Positions 1 through 7,218 of a stretch of 32,000 bases of DNA are shown here, in pieces. The stretch covers positions 450,001 to 482,000 of the forward strand of contig OZ245819.1 in assembly GCA_965228485.1 (NCBI GenBank), in the 5' to 3' direction. The notes beneath the pieces were generated by a model. It worked only from the letters and a program-made list of their open reading frames with translations. It made no database searches and was not told the origin of the DNA. How positions within the stretch are numbered: the stretch's first letter is position 1; each line of letters begins with the position of its first letter. This stretch comes from Candidatus Saccharimonadota bacterium (GTDB lineage Bacteria; Patescibacteriota; Gracilibacteria; UBA4473). The position numbers were made by a program, and so were the translations under genes.

Positions 1-647
1 ATCAAACAATATCTATAGAGGATGTATATGGCCTTACTAAATACACCCCAGTAAAAGAACTTGAACGTAATCAAATCCCGCATCATAAACTCTTCCACCC
101 ACCTTTACTCGTTCAAAAAACTATCATGCAGGAAATGAAAAAACCTGGAAGTGCGGGAAGTTACTGCCTCGATCAGAGTGGTGAAATAGTCGGATTTTCA
201 TGGGGGTGGATCACAACCTTAATAAAATTGTGGGAAGAAAAATTTAATGACTTTTATGCCCATAGTCGCTTAAACTGCGATGAATTCTTGAGAACAACCT
301 GTGCAAACTCTGAATACAAACTCACACCAGAAACACCTATTTTTTACTGGGCCGAGGTTGGACATACTCTACCCAATCGCTCTCTAAATCTTTTACAAGA
401 AAATATGTCAAGCACTCTTAGCCAAATAGACACATCTAAATCTGATGTTTGCATATTCTCTACCGACCCAAAGTCTCCAATATTTAAAATTATGATTTAT
501 GGTTGTGGAGCTAAAGTAATTTGTACAGTTGATGATTCTCAATTAGTGGTCATGGAAGCATCGATAACAGAAATGTCTGGAACCTTCGGTAGAAATGCTA
601 GTGGCATAAGAAAAAAAATATTTCAAGCCATTAAATCAAAAAATTGA
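1..647 (+). CDS. hypothetical protein, probably 5'-truncated by the window edge
   Basis: The track gives 126..647 (173 aa). The same frame (codons at nt 3,6,9...) has no stop back to nt 3: 41 further codons, QTISIEDVYGLTKYTPVKELERNQIPHHKLFHPPLLVQKTI, then MQEM. In AT-rich DNA this suggests the gene starts upstream of the window. I can name no motif. TGA stop. Confidence 0.5.
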   Translation, partial: QTISIEDVYGLTKYTPVKELERNQIPHHKLFHPPLLVQKTIMQEMKKPGSAGSYCLDQSGEIVGFSWGWITTLIKLWEEKFNDFYAHSRLNCDEFLRTTCANSEYKLTPETPIFYWAEVGHTLPNRSLNLLQENMSSTLSQIDTSKSDVCIFSTDPKSPIFKIMIYGCGAKVICTVDDSQLVVMEASITEMSGTFGRNASGIRKKIFQAIKSKN

Positions 648-684
648 CCTCAATAATGTTATCCACTAAAACCATTGATATAAA

Positions 685-2808
685 ATGAACCCCGCTTTAA
701 CTTTTGGTATCGCCTGCACATTATACTTTTTAATTGCTTCTTTTGTAATTCGAGAAGAGGTGAATCCCAGAAATCTTAGCTTTACCACCTTTATTTTAGG
801 ATGCCTACTTTGGACGGCAACGCTCTATATTTACTTCTTTCTACCCTTAGGAGAGCTTCTTTATCCTATCGGTAAACTGAACTATTCCGTAGCATTGTTG
901 ATACCATTAGGCTTACTCTGCTTTCTTTATTACTTTCCTCAAAAGGCTTTTCTTCTCCCAAAAAATAGTATTCCATTATTAGTTGTTAGCACGACAATTT
1001 TATTTTTAATAACACAATTCACGCCACTCATTATTGAAAATGAAATCTATGGTGAAGAGGGTCCAGAAGTCATACTTGGCCCAATATATGATAGTTATAT
1101 TATTTATTGGCATGTTCTAATTCTCGCTTCCGTTATTCTTGGTTTTATTAAATATAGAAAGCTTAAGAAACTTCAAAAACAAAACTTTGCCTGCATCTTC
1201 TATGTGTCAAGTGTATGCACCTTATTAATGCTATTTTTCAATGGAGTTCTCCCAAAATTTGGAATATTTATTGCTCAACAATATTCATTTTTACTAATGC
1301 TTCCGATTGCGGTGGTAAGCTTCTACGCGTTTATTAAATACCAGTTCCTCAATATTAAGCTTACAATCTCAAACAATACAAAAACATTTTTTGCACTATT
1401 AATTTCTAGTGGTTTTGTAAGCTTCCTCTATTTTCATAGTGCTCCGTTTCTCAACCCTTCTTGGGAGCCAACTATTTTTATTTTCTCAATTATTGTTGCT
1501 ACTTTTATCTACAAAGAAGCCATAAAATTCTTTAATTCTGATATTTTCCATGCTTACTTCTGGATTACCAATGAAGAGTATTTGAAAAACATTATCAACA
1601 ACTTCAAAAATCAAAACAAGCGATACACATCTATTGAAACACTTGAGCAAGAATTGATCGAAAGCTTTAGTGGCAAATTCAAAATCTCTCCAGTAAAGGT
1701 AGTTATCTTTAATAAAAAAAACGAGAAAAAATATCATTCGTTGATAAATCTATTCAATACTCTTGGGATTCATAGAATCTTCTATAAAAAGGATAAACAA
1801 CTAAAATTGCCCAAGGAAGCTTCTAGGCTAGGAACTGTAATCGTCCCCCTTTCTACTCCTGATCATAAAGTTGTTGGAGCCCTTATCTTAGGAAAGAAAA
1901 TACTAGAAGATACTTATGGTAATTATGAATTAAAACTCATTGAATCGTTTAGACCTTACCTCAATCTTCAAACTACCAATATTCTGTACAATGCAGCACT
2001 GAAAAAAGAGGTCAAAGAAAAGACGAGCCAATTAGAGAAGAAAAACAAACAACTGGTTACCTTCTCTAATAAACTTAAAAAACTCGACGCGGTAAAAGAT
2101 GAATTTCTTTCTATTGCCTCTCATGAATTACGAACACCACTGAGTATTATTAAAGGGTACGCTGATATCTTAAGGCTCCAAAACTTTGGAAACCTCAATA
2201 AAAAACAACTCGATTTCACTGATAAGATTCTTGCTAATACGAATGACCTCGTCTCGCTTATAAACAAAATGCTAGATATAAGTCGACTTGAATCAGGGCA
2301 AATGGGTTTTAATAATCAAAAAATTGACCTTGTAAGCTCTATAAAAGAAACCCAAAAAGCCTTTAAGGTGATGTATAAAGAGAAGAACCTTTCTCTCGTT
2401 TTTTCTAATCCCGAAAAGTTAACCCCAACCGTTTTTCTCGACAATGAAAAACTCGGAATAATCTTCTCTAATTTACTTGGAAATGCCTATAAATTCTCAC
2501 CCAAAAATAAAACTGTAAAGATTATTTTGGAATCTGTAGAAAAAGAGAAAAAAGTAAAAATTACTATTAAAGATCAAGGAGTTGGTATTCCAAAAAACAA
2601 ACAATCTTTAATATTTAATAAATTCCAACAAGCAGAAAACCCTCTTCAAAAAGCCCATGCAGGAAGTGGTTTAGGTTTAAATATAACACAACAAATTATA
2701 GAAAAATTCGGCGGAAAGATATGGGTTAAAAGTGAAGATCACATTAAGTCTGGTAGTGCTTTTATTTTTACACTTCCTTACACTCAAAAAAAATCCAATA
2801 GTAAATGA
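685..2808 (+). CDS. membrane-bound sensor histidine kinase (polytopic N-terminal domain + HisKA + HATPase_c)
   Basis: 707-aa ORF. The first ~270 aa are a series of hydrophobic helices. H-box FLSIASHELRTPLSIIKGYADIL, N-box LLGNAYKFSP, G1 DQGVGIP, G2 GSGLGLNI. Its TGA stop overlaps the ATG of the next gene (ATGA at 2805..2808). Confidence 0.9.
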   Translation: MNPALTFGIACTLYFLIASFVIREEVNPRNLSFTTFILGCLLWTATLYIYFFLPLGELLYPIGKLNYSVALLIPLGLLCFLYYFPQKAFLLPKNSIPLLVVSTTILFLITQFTPLIIENEIYGEEGPEVILGPIYDSYIIYWHVLILASVILGFIKYRKLKKLQKQNFACIFYVSSVCTLLMLFFNGVLPKFGIFIAQQYSFLLMLPIAVVSFYAFIKYQFLNIKLTISNNTKTFFALLISSGFVSFLYFHSAPFLNPSWEPTIFIFSIIVATFIYKEAIKFFNSDIFHAYFWITNEEYLKNIINNFKNQNKRYTSIETLEQELIESFSGKFKISPVKVVIFNKKNEKKYHSLINLFNTLGIHRIFYKKDKQLKLPKEASRLGTVIVPLSTPDHKVVGALILGKKILEDTYGNYELKLIESFRPYLNLQTTNILYNAALKKEVKEKTSQLEKKNKQLVTFSNKLKKLDAVKDEFLSIASHELRTPLSIIKGYADILRLQNFGNLNKKQLDFTDKILANTNDLVSLINKMLDISRLESGQMGFNNQKIDLVSSIKETQKAFKVMYKEKNLSLVFSNPEKLTPTVFLDNEKLGIIFSNLLGNAYKFSPKNKTVKIILESVEKEKKVKITIKDQGVGIPKNKQSLIFNKFQQAENPLQKAHAGSGLGLNITQQIIEKFGGKIWVKSEDHIKSGSAFIFTLPYTQKKSNSK

Positions 2809-3185
2809 GTTCCTCAAAAAAAATCCTCATTATCGAAGATAACGAAAGCTTAAAAGATTTGTACTTTATGGCCTTCTCATCTCGGGAATTTGATGTTGAG
2901 CAGGCTAAGGAGGGATTAGAAGGCATAACCAAAGCTGTTGAGTTTAAACCCGACATTGTTTTACTCGACCTTATGATGCCAAACATGAGTGGTTTTGAGG
3001 TCTTAGACGCCATCAATAAAAACTCATCTCTTGATACAACTGTTTTTATCGCCAGCAACCTGACGGACAAAAAAAATATTAGTGCAGCTCTGGACAATGG
3101 GGCCGTTTATTTTTTTAAAAAAGCAGAATACACTCCAGATCAAATTGTGGAAAAGATCTTAGATTACATAGCTATCGAACTTTAA
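2805..3185 (+). CDS. single-domain response regulator (REC only, CheY-like)
   Basis: 126 aa. KILIIEDNE acidic pocket, phospho-acceptor Asp in DIVLLDLMMPNMSG, no output domain. Translationally coupled to the kinase. Confidence 0.85.
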   Translation: MSSSKKILIIEDNESLKDLYFMAFSSREFDVEQAKEGLEGITKAVEFKPDIVLLDLMMPNMSGFEVLDAINKNSSLDTTVFIASNLTDKKNISAALDNGAVYFFKKAEYTPDQIVEKILDYIAIEL

Positions 3186-3186
3186 T

Positions 3187-3214
3187 TTGACATTAAGGTT
3201 TTTTGCATTAAATT
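3187..3214 (+). promoter_or_regulatory. candidate sigma70-type promoter for the his leader
   Basis: TTGACA (3187..3192), 16-nt spacer, TAAATT (3209..3214). It starts 2 nt after the REC stop codon and lies ~12 nt upstream of the leader ATG. Confidence 0.35.
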
Positions 3215-3225
3215 TTAATGCTGAA

Positions 3226-3294
3226 ATGTTTAAACAAACTGTCGTTAACGCACATCATCACAGCGAACATCATTTTGTCGCGGTTTTTGTGTAA
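3226..3294 (+). CDS. histidine-rich leader peptide (hisL-like), MFKQTVVNAHHHSEHHFVAVFV
   Basis: 22-codon ORF below the track threshold. It has 5 His codons within 7 codons (cat cat cac agc gaa cat cat, 3253..3273). It sits directly upstream of hisG and is followed by a terminator hairpin. Confidence 0.65.
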   Translation: MFKQTVVNAHHHSEHHFVAVFV

Positions 3295-3324
3295 ACTAAA
3301 TATTTCATCAACAGTCATTCACAC

Positions 3325-3349
3325 AGTCCGCGATGCGGGCTATTTTTTT
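3325..3349 (+). terminator. intrinsic terminator acting as the his attenuator
   Basis: Stem 3325..3331 (agtccgc) pairs with 3335..3341 (gcgggct): 7 bp including one G-U, loop gat. Then a T7 run at 3343..3349, ending 21 nt before the hisG ATG. The 5' arm (ccgcga, 3328..3333) is also complementary to tcgcgg (3278..3283) inside the leader ORF. Confidence 0.65.
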
Positions 3350-3370
3350 ATTTAATTTTTCATAATAACC

Positions 3371-4468
3371 ATGTCACCAGAAAAACTACGTTCCCCAGAA
3401 GAAGTCACACCAGAAATCACCGTATTACTTCCTAAAAAGGCATTTAAAGATGGGAGTCGAAACAGCCTGTCTCAACTAGTATCTGATGCTGGCTATAACG
3501 AAGCCGCTTCAGGAAAAATGGGAAGATTTGATGAAGTAACAAATCAAGCTGGGTTTTATGAAAATGAACAAGATGTCGATATACAAACAGGAGAAATTTG
3601 TTTTAGATTTGTTAAGGATATTGGACGACTTGCTACCCAAATGAGACTCATGCAACTATCAGGAAAACCAGCTATTACAATTACTGGAAGTGATACTCTT
3701 TTGGAAGCCTACTTAAGAGTTACTCAGCAAGTCCAAGGTATTGTCCTAGAAAAAGTTGCCAACCTAGACATTGGCATTTGCAGTCTTGAATGGCTCACTC
3801 CAGAAGAAAATCCTGCTAACTCAACTCAAGCTCTTTCTGGACGAGATCTTTTTAGCAAGTACCCAGAATTAATGAGATACTTACTAAATCAATCTAGTGT
3901 TGAATCTCGAACTTTTGAAAGTGAAGGAGCTGATACGAATATTAATGACTTTAGAAGCGAAGAACTCCTTGAAACTGGGGCTCTAGAAATTGTTGGTTCA
4001 GGACAAACAGCTCTAGACCTTAAATTAAATAGATTTATGCCAGATGATGAATTATCACCGTTAAAAAATGTTCCTTTTAGCAGAATTAGTACTGATATTT
4101 TCTTGGTAAATCCTCAAAATATATCTAATCAAACTAAAATGGCCGCAATGACCGTTTGTGATGCACTGGAATCGGCCAAACCGAATGGGGCTTTTACTAG
4201 TTTAAAAGTCAATGTTCCAAAAGATAAACTCAGAAAAATTGAAGCTTTAAAAATTGGACTTATTGGCCCATCCCTTCAAAAAGTCCTGGCTAATGACGGT
4301 AGTGACTGGGTTGATGTGTCAATGGTTGTACCTGATGAAAATGCCAACGGAATTGCTACTCAGTTAAAACTCATTCTTGGAAACACTGGAACAATCTCTA
4401 TCGGAGCTAGAGGGATTAAAGGCGGTGGGAATGCAGCCTCTTCTAAATCTATTCAGTATTTTTCTTAA
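3371..4468 (+). CDS. hisG: ATP phosphoribosyltransferase, divergent long form
   Basis: 365 aa. By-eye alignment to E. coli HisG as I recall it: [27 protein letters not shown] vs [36 protein letters not shown] vs IIGENVLEEEL; PRPP-loop-like [14 protein letters not shown] vs DLVSTGATLEANGL. The C-terminal ~90 aa resemble the regulatory domain. Context supports it: His leader upstream, hisIE downstream. Confidence 0.6.
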   Translation: [365 protein letters not shown]

Positions 4469-4552
4469 ATATAATGAACCAATATTTTTCAAATAGTATT
4501 TATCATTGTTGAATAAATAATTTATTCATAAAATTATTTATTAACCTTATTA

Positions 4553-5245
4553 ATGATGAATACTAAAGAAAAATCAGGATCAACTCCTGGGTTAGATTTT
4601 GAAAAATACCCAGACAAACTTATCCCCACGGTCGTTCAAGAAAACCAAACTGGAAGAATTCTTATGGTTGGTTTTGCTGACCAGGCTGCCGTGGATAAAA
4701 CCCTTGAATCTGGATTGGCTACGTTTTGGTCTCGAAGCCAGAAAAAAGCTTGGACCAAAGGCTTAACCTCAGGTGATACCCTTAAAGTTTCTGAGATAAG
4801 AACTGACTGTGATAACGACACGCTTATTTATCTCGTGGATATGGAAGGCAAAGGAGCCTGTCACATTGATGGATGGGTTACCTGCTTTCGCCGAAGAGTT
4901 AGTTCTACAGGTCAGATAGAGGAAGTTGAGGATATTCCGACCTGGAGTCGTTTCGACTCCGAAGAACAAGCGATTATTGAAGCTCGTTCAGAAGCTGATC
5001 CCAAACAATCTTTTACCGCTAAAATGGCACAAAGTAGTCTTGAAAAAATTGCAGGGAAGATTGCCGAAGAAACGGCTGAAGTATTGAAAGCCGTCCAAAT
5101 GGGCGAAAGGCGAGAAAGAATTATTTCCGAATTGGCAGACTGTGACTATGTTTCTCGAATTTTACTCGCAAAAATTAACCAAATGATAGAAGAACCCATC
5201 TCTATCATAGATATTGAAGAGGCTGTTATTGCCCGAAGAAAATAA
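4553..5245 (+). CDS. hisIE: bifunctional phosphoribosyl-AMP cyclohydrolase / phosphoribosyl-ATP pyrophosphatase
   Basis: The N-terminal half has the HisI signature: LIPTVVQE...WSRSQKKAWTKGLTSGDTLKV..IRTDCDNDTLIYLVDMEGKGACHIDGWVTCFRR (Cys/His metal site). The C-terminal half is MazG/HisE-like: IAGKIAEETAEVLKAV ... ELADCDYVSRILLA. Confidence 0.85.
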   Translation: MMNTKEKSGSTPGLDFEKYPDKLIPTVVQENQTGRILMVGFADQAAVDKTLESGLATFWSRSQKKAWTKGLTSGDTLKVSEIRTDCDNDTLIYLVDMEGKGACHIDGWVTCFRRRVSSTGQIEEVEDIPTWSRFDSEEQAIIEARSEADPKQSFTAKMAQSSLEKIAGKIAEETAEVLKAVQMGERRERIISELADCDYVSRILLAKINQMIEEPISIIDIEEAVIARRK

Positions 5246-5246
5246 C

Positions 5247-5278
5247 AAAAAGAGGCGCCAGGTGGCGCCTCTTTTTTT
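5247..5278. terminator. bidirectional intrinsic terminator between convergent hisIE and atpA
   Basis: Perfect 9-bp GC-rich stem agaggcgcc (5251..5259) / ggcgcctct (5264..5272), 4-nt loop. Flanked by an A-run on the left and a T-run (to 5278) on the right. Confidence 0.85.
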
Positions 5279-5298
5279 ATATTGAAGTGGACTATCTG

Positions 5299-7056
5299 TT
5301 ATAGAGCTCCAACTTCTTTGATAATATTTGATCGAATTTTTTCGTATCCAGCTTCATCATCAGCTTTTAGTTCTTTACATCGAGCAATCTCTTGAATCAC
5401 TGGCAGTTCTTCTACTTTAGAGAAATCGAATTCCTCACGATCAACAAGCTTCATTCCTTCGTGGTAAAGAGCCACGATAGTTTTTAGCATTTCATATTGT
5501 TTCTTTGGAATCGTGTAAGCGTCCTCTGGATCAAAAGAATCTTGGTATAGGAAATCTTCTCGAATAGATTTAGACACAAGAAGTACTAGTTTTTCTCGAA
5601 CAGAAAGTGCATCTGGTCCAACCAATCGTACAATTTCTTGAAGTTTAGATTCTTCTTGTAGAAGTGTCAGCCCTAGCTCTCGAATATCCCAGTAATCTTC
5701 TGCAACATTTTCTTTGTTGAATTTCTCAAGATTTGGTGTGTATAGAGAGTAAGACTTCAACCAGTTAATCGCTGGGAAGTGACGTTGGTAAGAAAGCTTA
5801 GAATCAAGTCCCCAGTATACTTTTGTCACTCGAAGTGTATTTTGAGATACTGGCTCAGAAAGATCCCCTCCTGGAGGAGAAACCGCTCCGATTACCGTTA
5901 GAGATCCTGTTCGTCCTTCTGTCCCTAGACATTCAACCGCTCCAGCTCGTTCGTAGAATTCTGAAGTTCGTGAACCAAGGTAAGCTGGATAACCTTCTTC
6001 CCCTGGCATTTCTTCTAGACGTCCTGACATTTCCCGCATAGCTTCTGCCCATCGAGAAGTAGAATCGGCCATTAATGCTACGTTGTATCCCATATCTCGG
6101 TAGTACTCAGCAATCGTAATTCCTGTATAAACCGAAGCTTCACGAGCCGCTACTGGCATGTTTGAAGTATTGGCGATCATTGATGTTCGTTTCATCAATG
6201 GCTCACCACTATTTGGATCAATAAGATGTGGAAATTCATTTAGTACTTCCGTCATCTCATTCCCTCGTTCTCCACAACCGATATAAATAATTACTTGTGC
6301 ATCACAGTATTTGGCAACCGTTTGTTGAGTCACTGTTTTTCCAGAACCAAATGGTCCAGGGATACATCCTGCTCCTCCTTTCGCTAAAGGGAAGAACATA
6401 TCTGTTGATCTACATCCTGTTCGAAGTGGTTCATTTGGTACAATTTTTCCATTAACTGGACGAGCCACTCGGATTGGCCAGAAGTGTCGAAGTTGAACTT
6501 TCACTTCTTTACCATCAGCATCGAGTATCGCAATATCATCCGTTACTTTAAAATGTCCTGATTCAATAGATTTTACTGTCGCTTCTTTCACGCTGGGTGG
6601 AACCATCACTTTATGGAGAATCAGTGTTGTTTCTTGTACGGTTCCTAGTGTGTCCCCTCCTTTAACTGTATCTCCAGTAGATACGGTTGGAACAAAGTCC
6701 CATTTTTTAGTTTGATCTAGTCCTGGAGCATCAATCCCACGAGCGATAAAATGCCCTGATTGTTCCTCAATTGATTCCAATGGTCGTTGAATCCCATCAT
6801 AGATAGTTTCAAGAAGACCAGGACCAAGCTCTACTGATAGAGTTTGTCCTGTAGTTTTTACTGGTTCTCCTGGACCAATACCAGCCGTTTCTTCATAAAC
6901 CTGAATGTAGGCCTGGTCATCATTAAGTCGAATTACTTCTCCAATAAGTCCCTCTTTACCAACACGAACTACTTCGTACATCTTGGCATGAGACATGTTT
7001 TCAGCAACCACAAGTGGTCCTGATACTTTAATGATTACGGGTTGTTTTTCGCTCAT
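5299..7056 (-). CDS. atpA: V/A-type ATP synthase catalytic subunit A
   Basis: 585 aa. Walker A GPFGSGKTV; typical A-subunit N-terminus (VSGPLVVAENM..MYEVVRVG), non-homologous insert and C-terminal helical domain. Confidence 0.95.
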   Translation of the reverse strand: MSEKQPVIIKVSGPLVVAENMSHAKMYEVVRVGKEGLIGEVIRLNDDQAYIQVYEETAGIGPGEPVKTTGQTLSVELGPGLLETIYDGIQRPLESIEEQSGHFIARGIDAPGLDQTKKWDFVPTVSTGDTVKGGDTLGTVQETTLILHKVMVPPSVKEATVKSIESGHFKVTDDIAILDADGKEVKVQLRHFWPIRVARPVNGKIVPNEPLRTGCRSTDMFFPLAKGGAGCIPGPFGSGKTVTQQTVAKYCDAQVIIYIGCGERGNEMTEVLNEFPHLIDPNSGEPLMKRTSMIANTSNMPVAAREASVYTGITIAEYYRDMGYNVALMADSTSRWAEAMREMSGRLEEMPGEEGYPAYLGSRTSEFYERAGAVECLGTEGRTGSLTVIGAVSPPGGDLSEPVSQNTLRVTKVYWGLDSKLSYQRHFPAINWLKSYSLYTPNLEKFNKENVAEDYWDIRELGLTLLQEESKLQEIVRLVGPDALSVREKLVLLVSKSIREDFLYQDSFDPEDAYTIPKKQYEMLKTIVALYHEGMKLVDREEFDFSKVEELPVIQEIARCKELKADDEAGYEKIRSNIIKEVGAL

Positions 7057-7085
7057 TCTTACAGCTTTAAAAATTGTTGTGGATT

Positions 7086-7145
7086 AAATCACGCGGATTC
7101 TTCGCAATTTCATCAAAATGTCAACGCTTTGCGACATTTTTTTTT
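7086..7145 (-). promoter_or_regulatory. atpA promoter module (copy of the atp operon promoter)
   Basis: Read on the minus strand: A9 (7145..7137), N12, TTGACATTTT (-35 at 7124..7119), 16-nt spacer, AAGAAT (-10 at 7102..7097), then CCGCGTGATTT. The 16-mer AGAATCCGCGTGATTT (7101..7086) is identical to 19037..19022, with identical spacing to the -35 and to the A-tract. Confidence 0.6.
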
Positions 7146-7181
7146 AGAATATCAAGCAAAGCATAAAACCTATGCAAAAAA

Positions 7182-7210
7182 TTGACTTTTTACAAAAAAA
7201 ATTATAATAT
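7182..7210 (+). promoter_or_regulatory. candidate promoter of the giant-gene pair
   Basis: TTGACT (7182..7187), 17 nt, TAATAT (7205..7210); alternatively TATAAT (7203..7208) with a 15-nt spacer. This implies a near-leaderless mRNA if the ATG at 7219 is used. Confidence 0.4.
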
Positions 7211-7218
7211 GATCTGAT

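Noticed and set aside
4511-4527. Perfect 17-bp palindrome gaataaat-a-atttattc between hisG and hisIE, as a possible operator or terminator.
   Set aside because: It is entirely A/T, so the hairpin would be very weak, and no U-run follows. Palindromes of this kind arise easily by chance in AT-rich spacers. A TTGTTG-17-TAAAAT internal promoter reading (4506..4534) is equally unsupported.
7126-7162. Inverted repeat gctttgc-N23-gcaaagc between the divergent atpA and giant-gene promoters, as a possible regulator site.
   Set aside because: The arms are only 7 bp with a long spacer. The repeat is absent from the paralogous atpH promoter region and is statistically unremarkable in a 160-bp interval.
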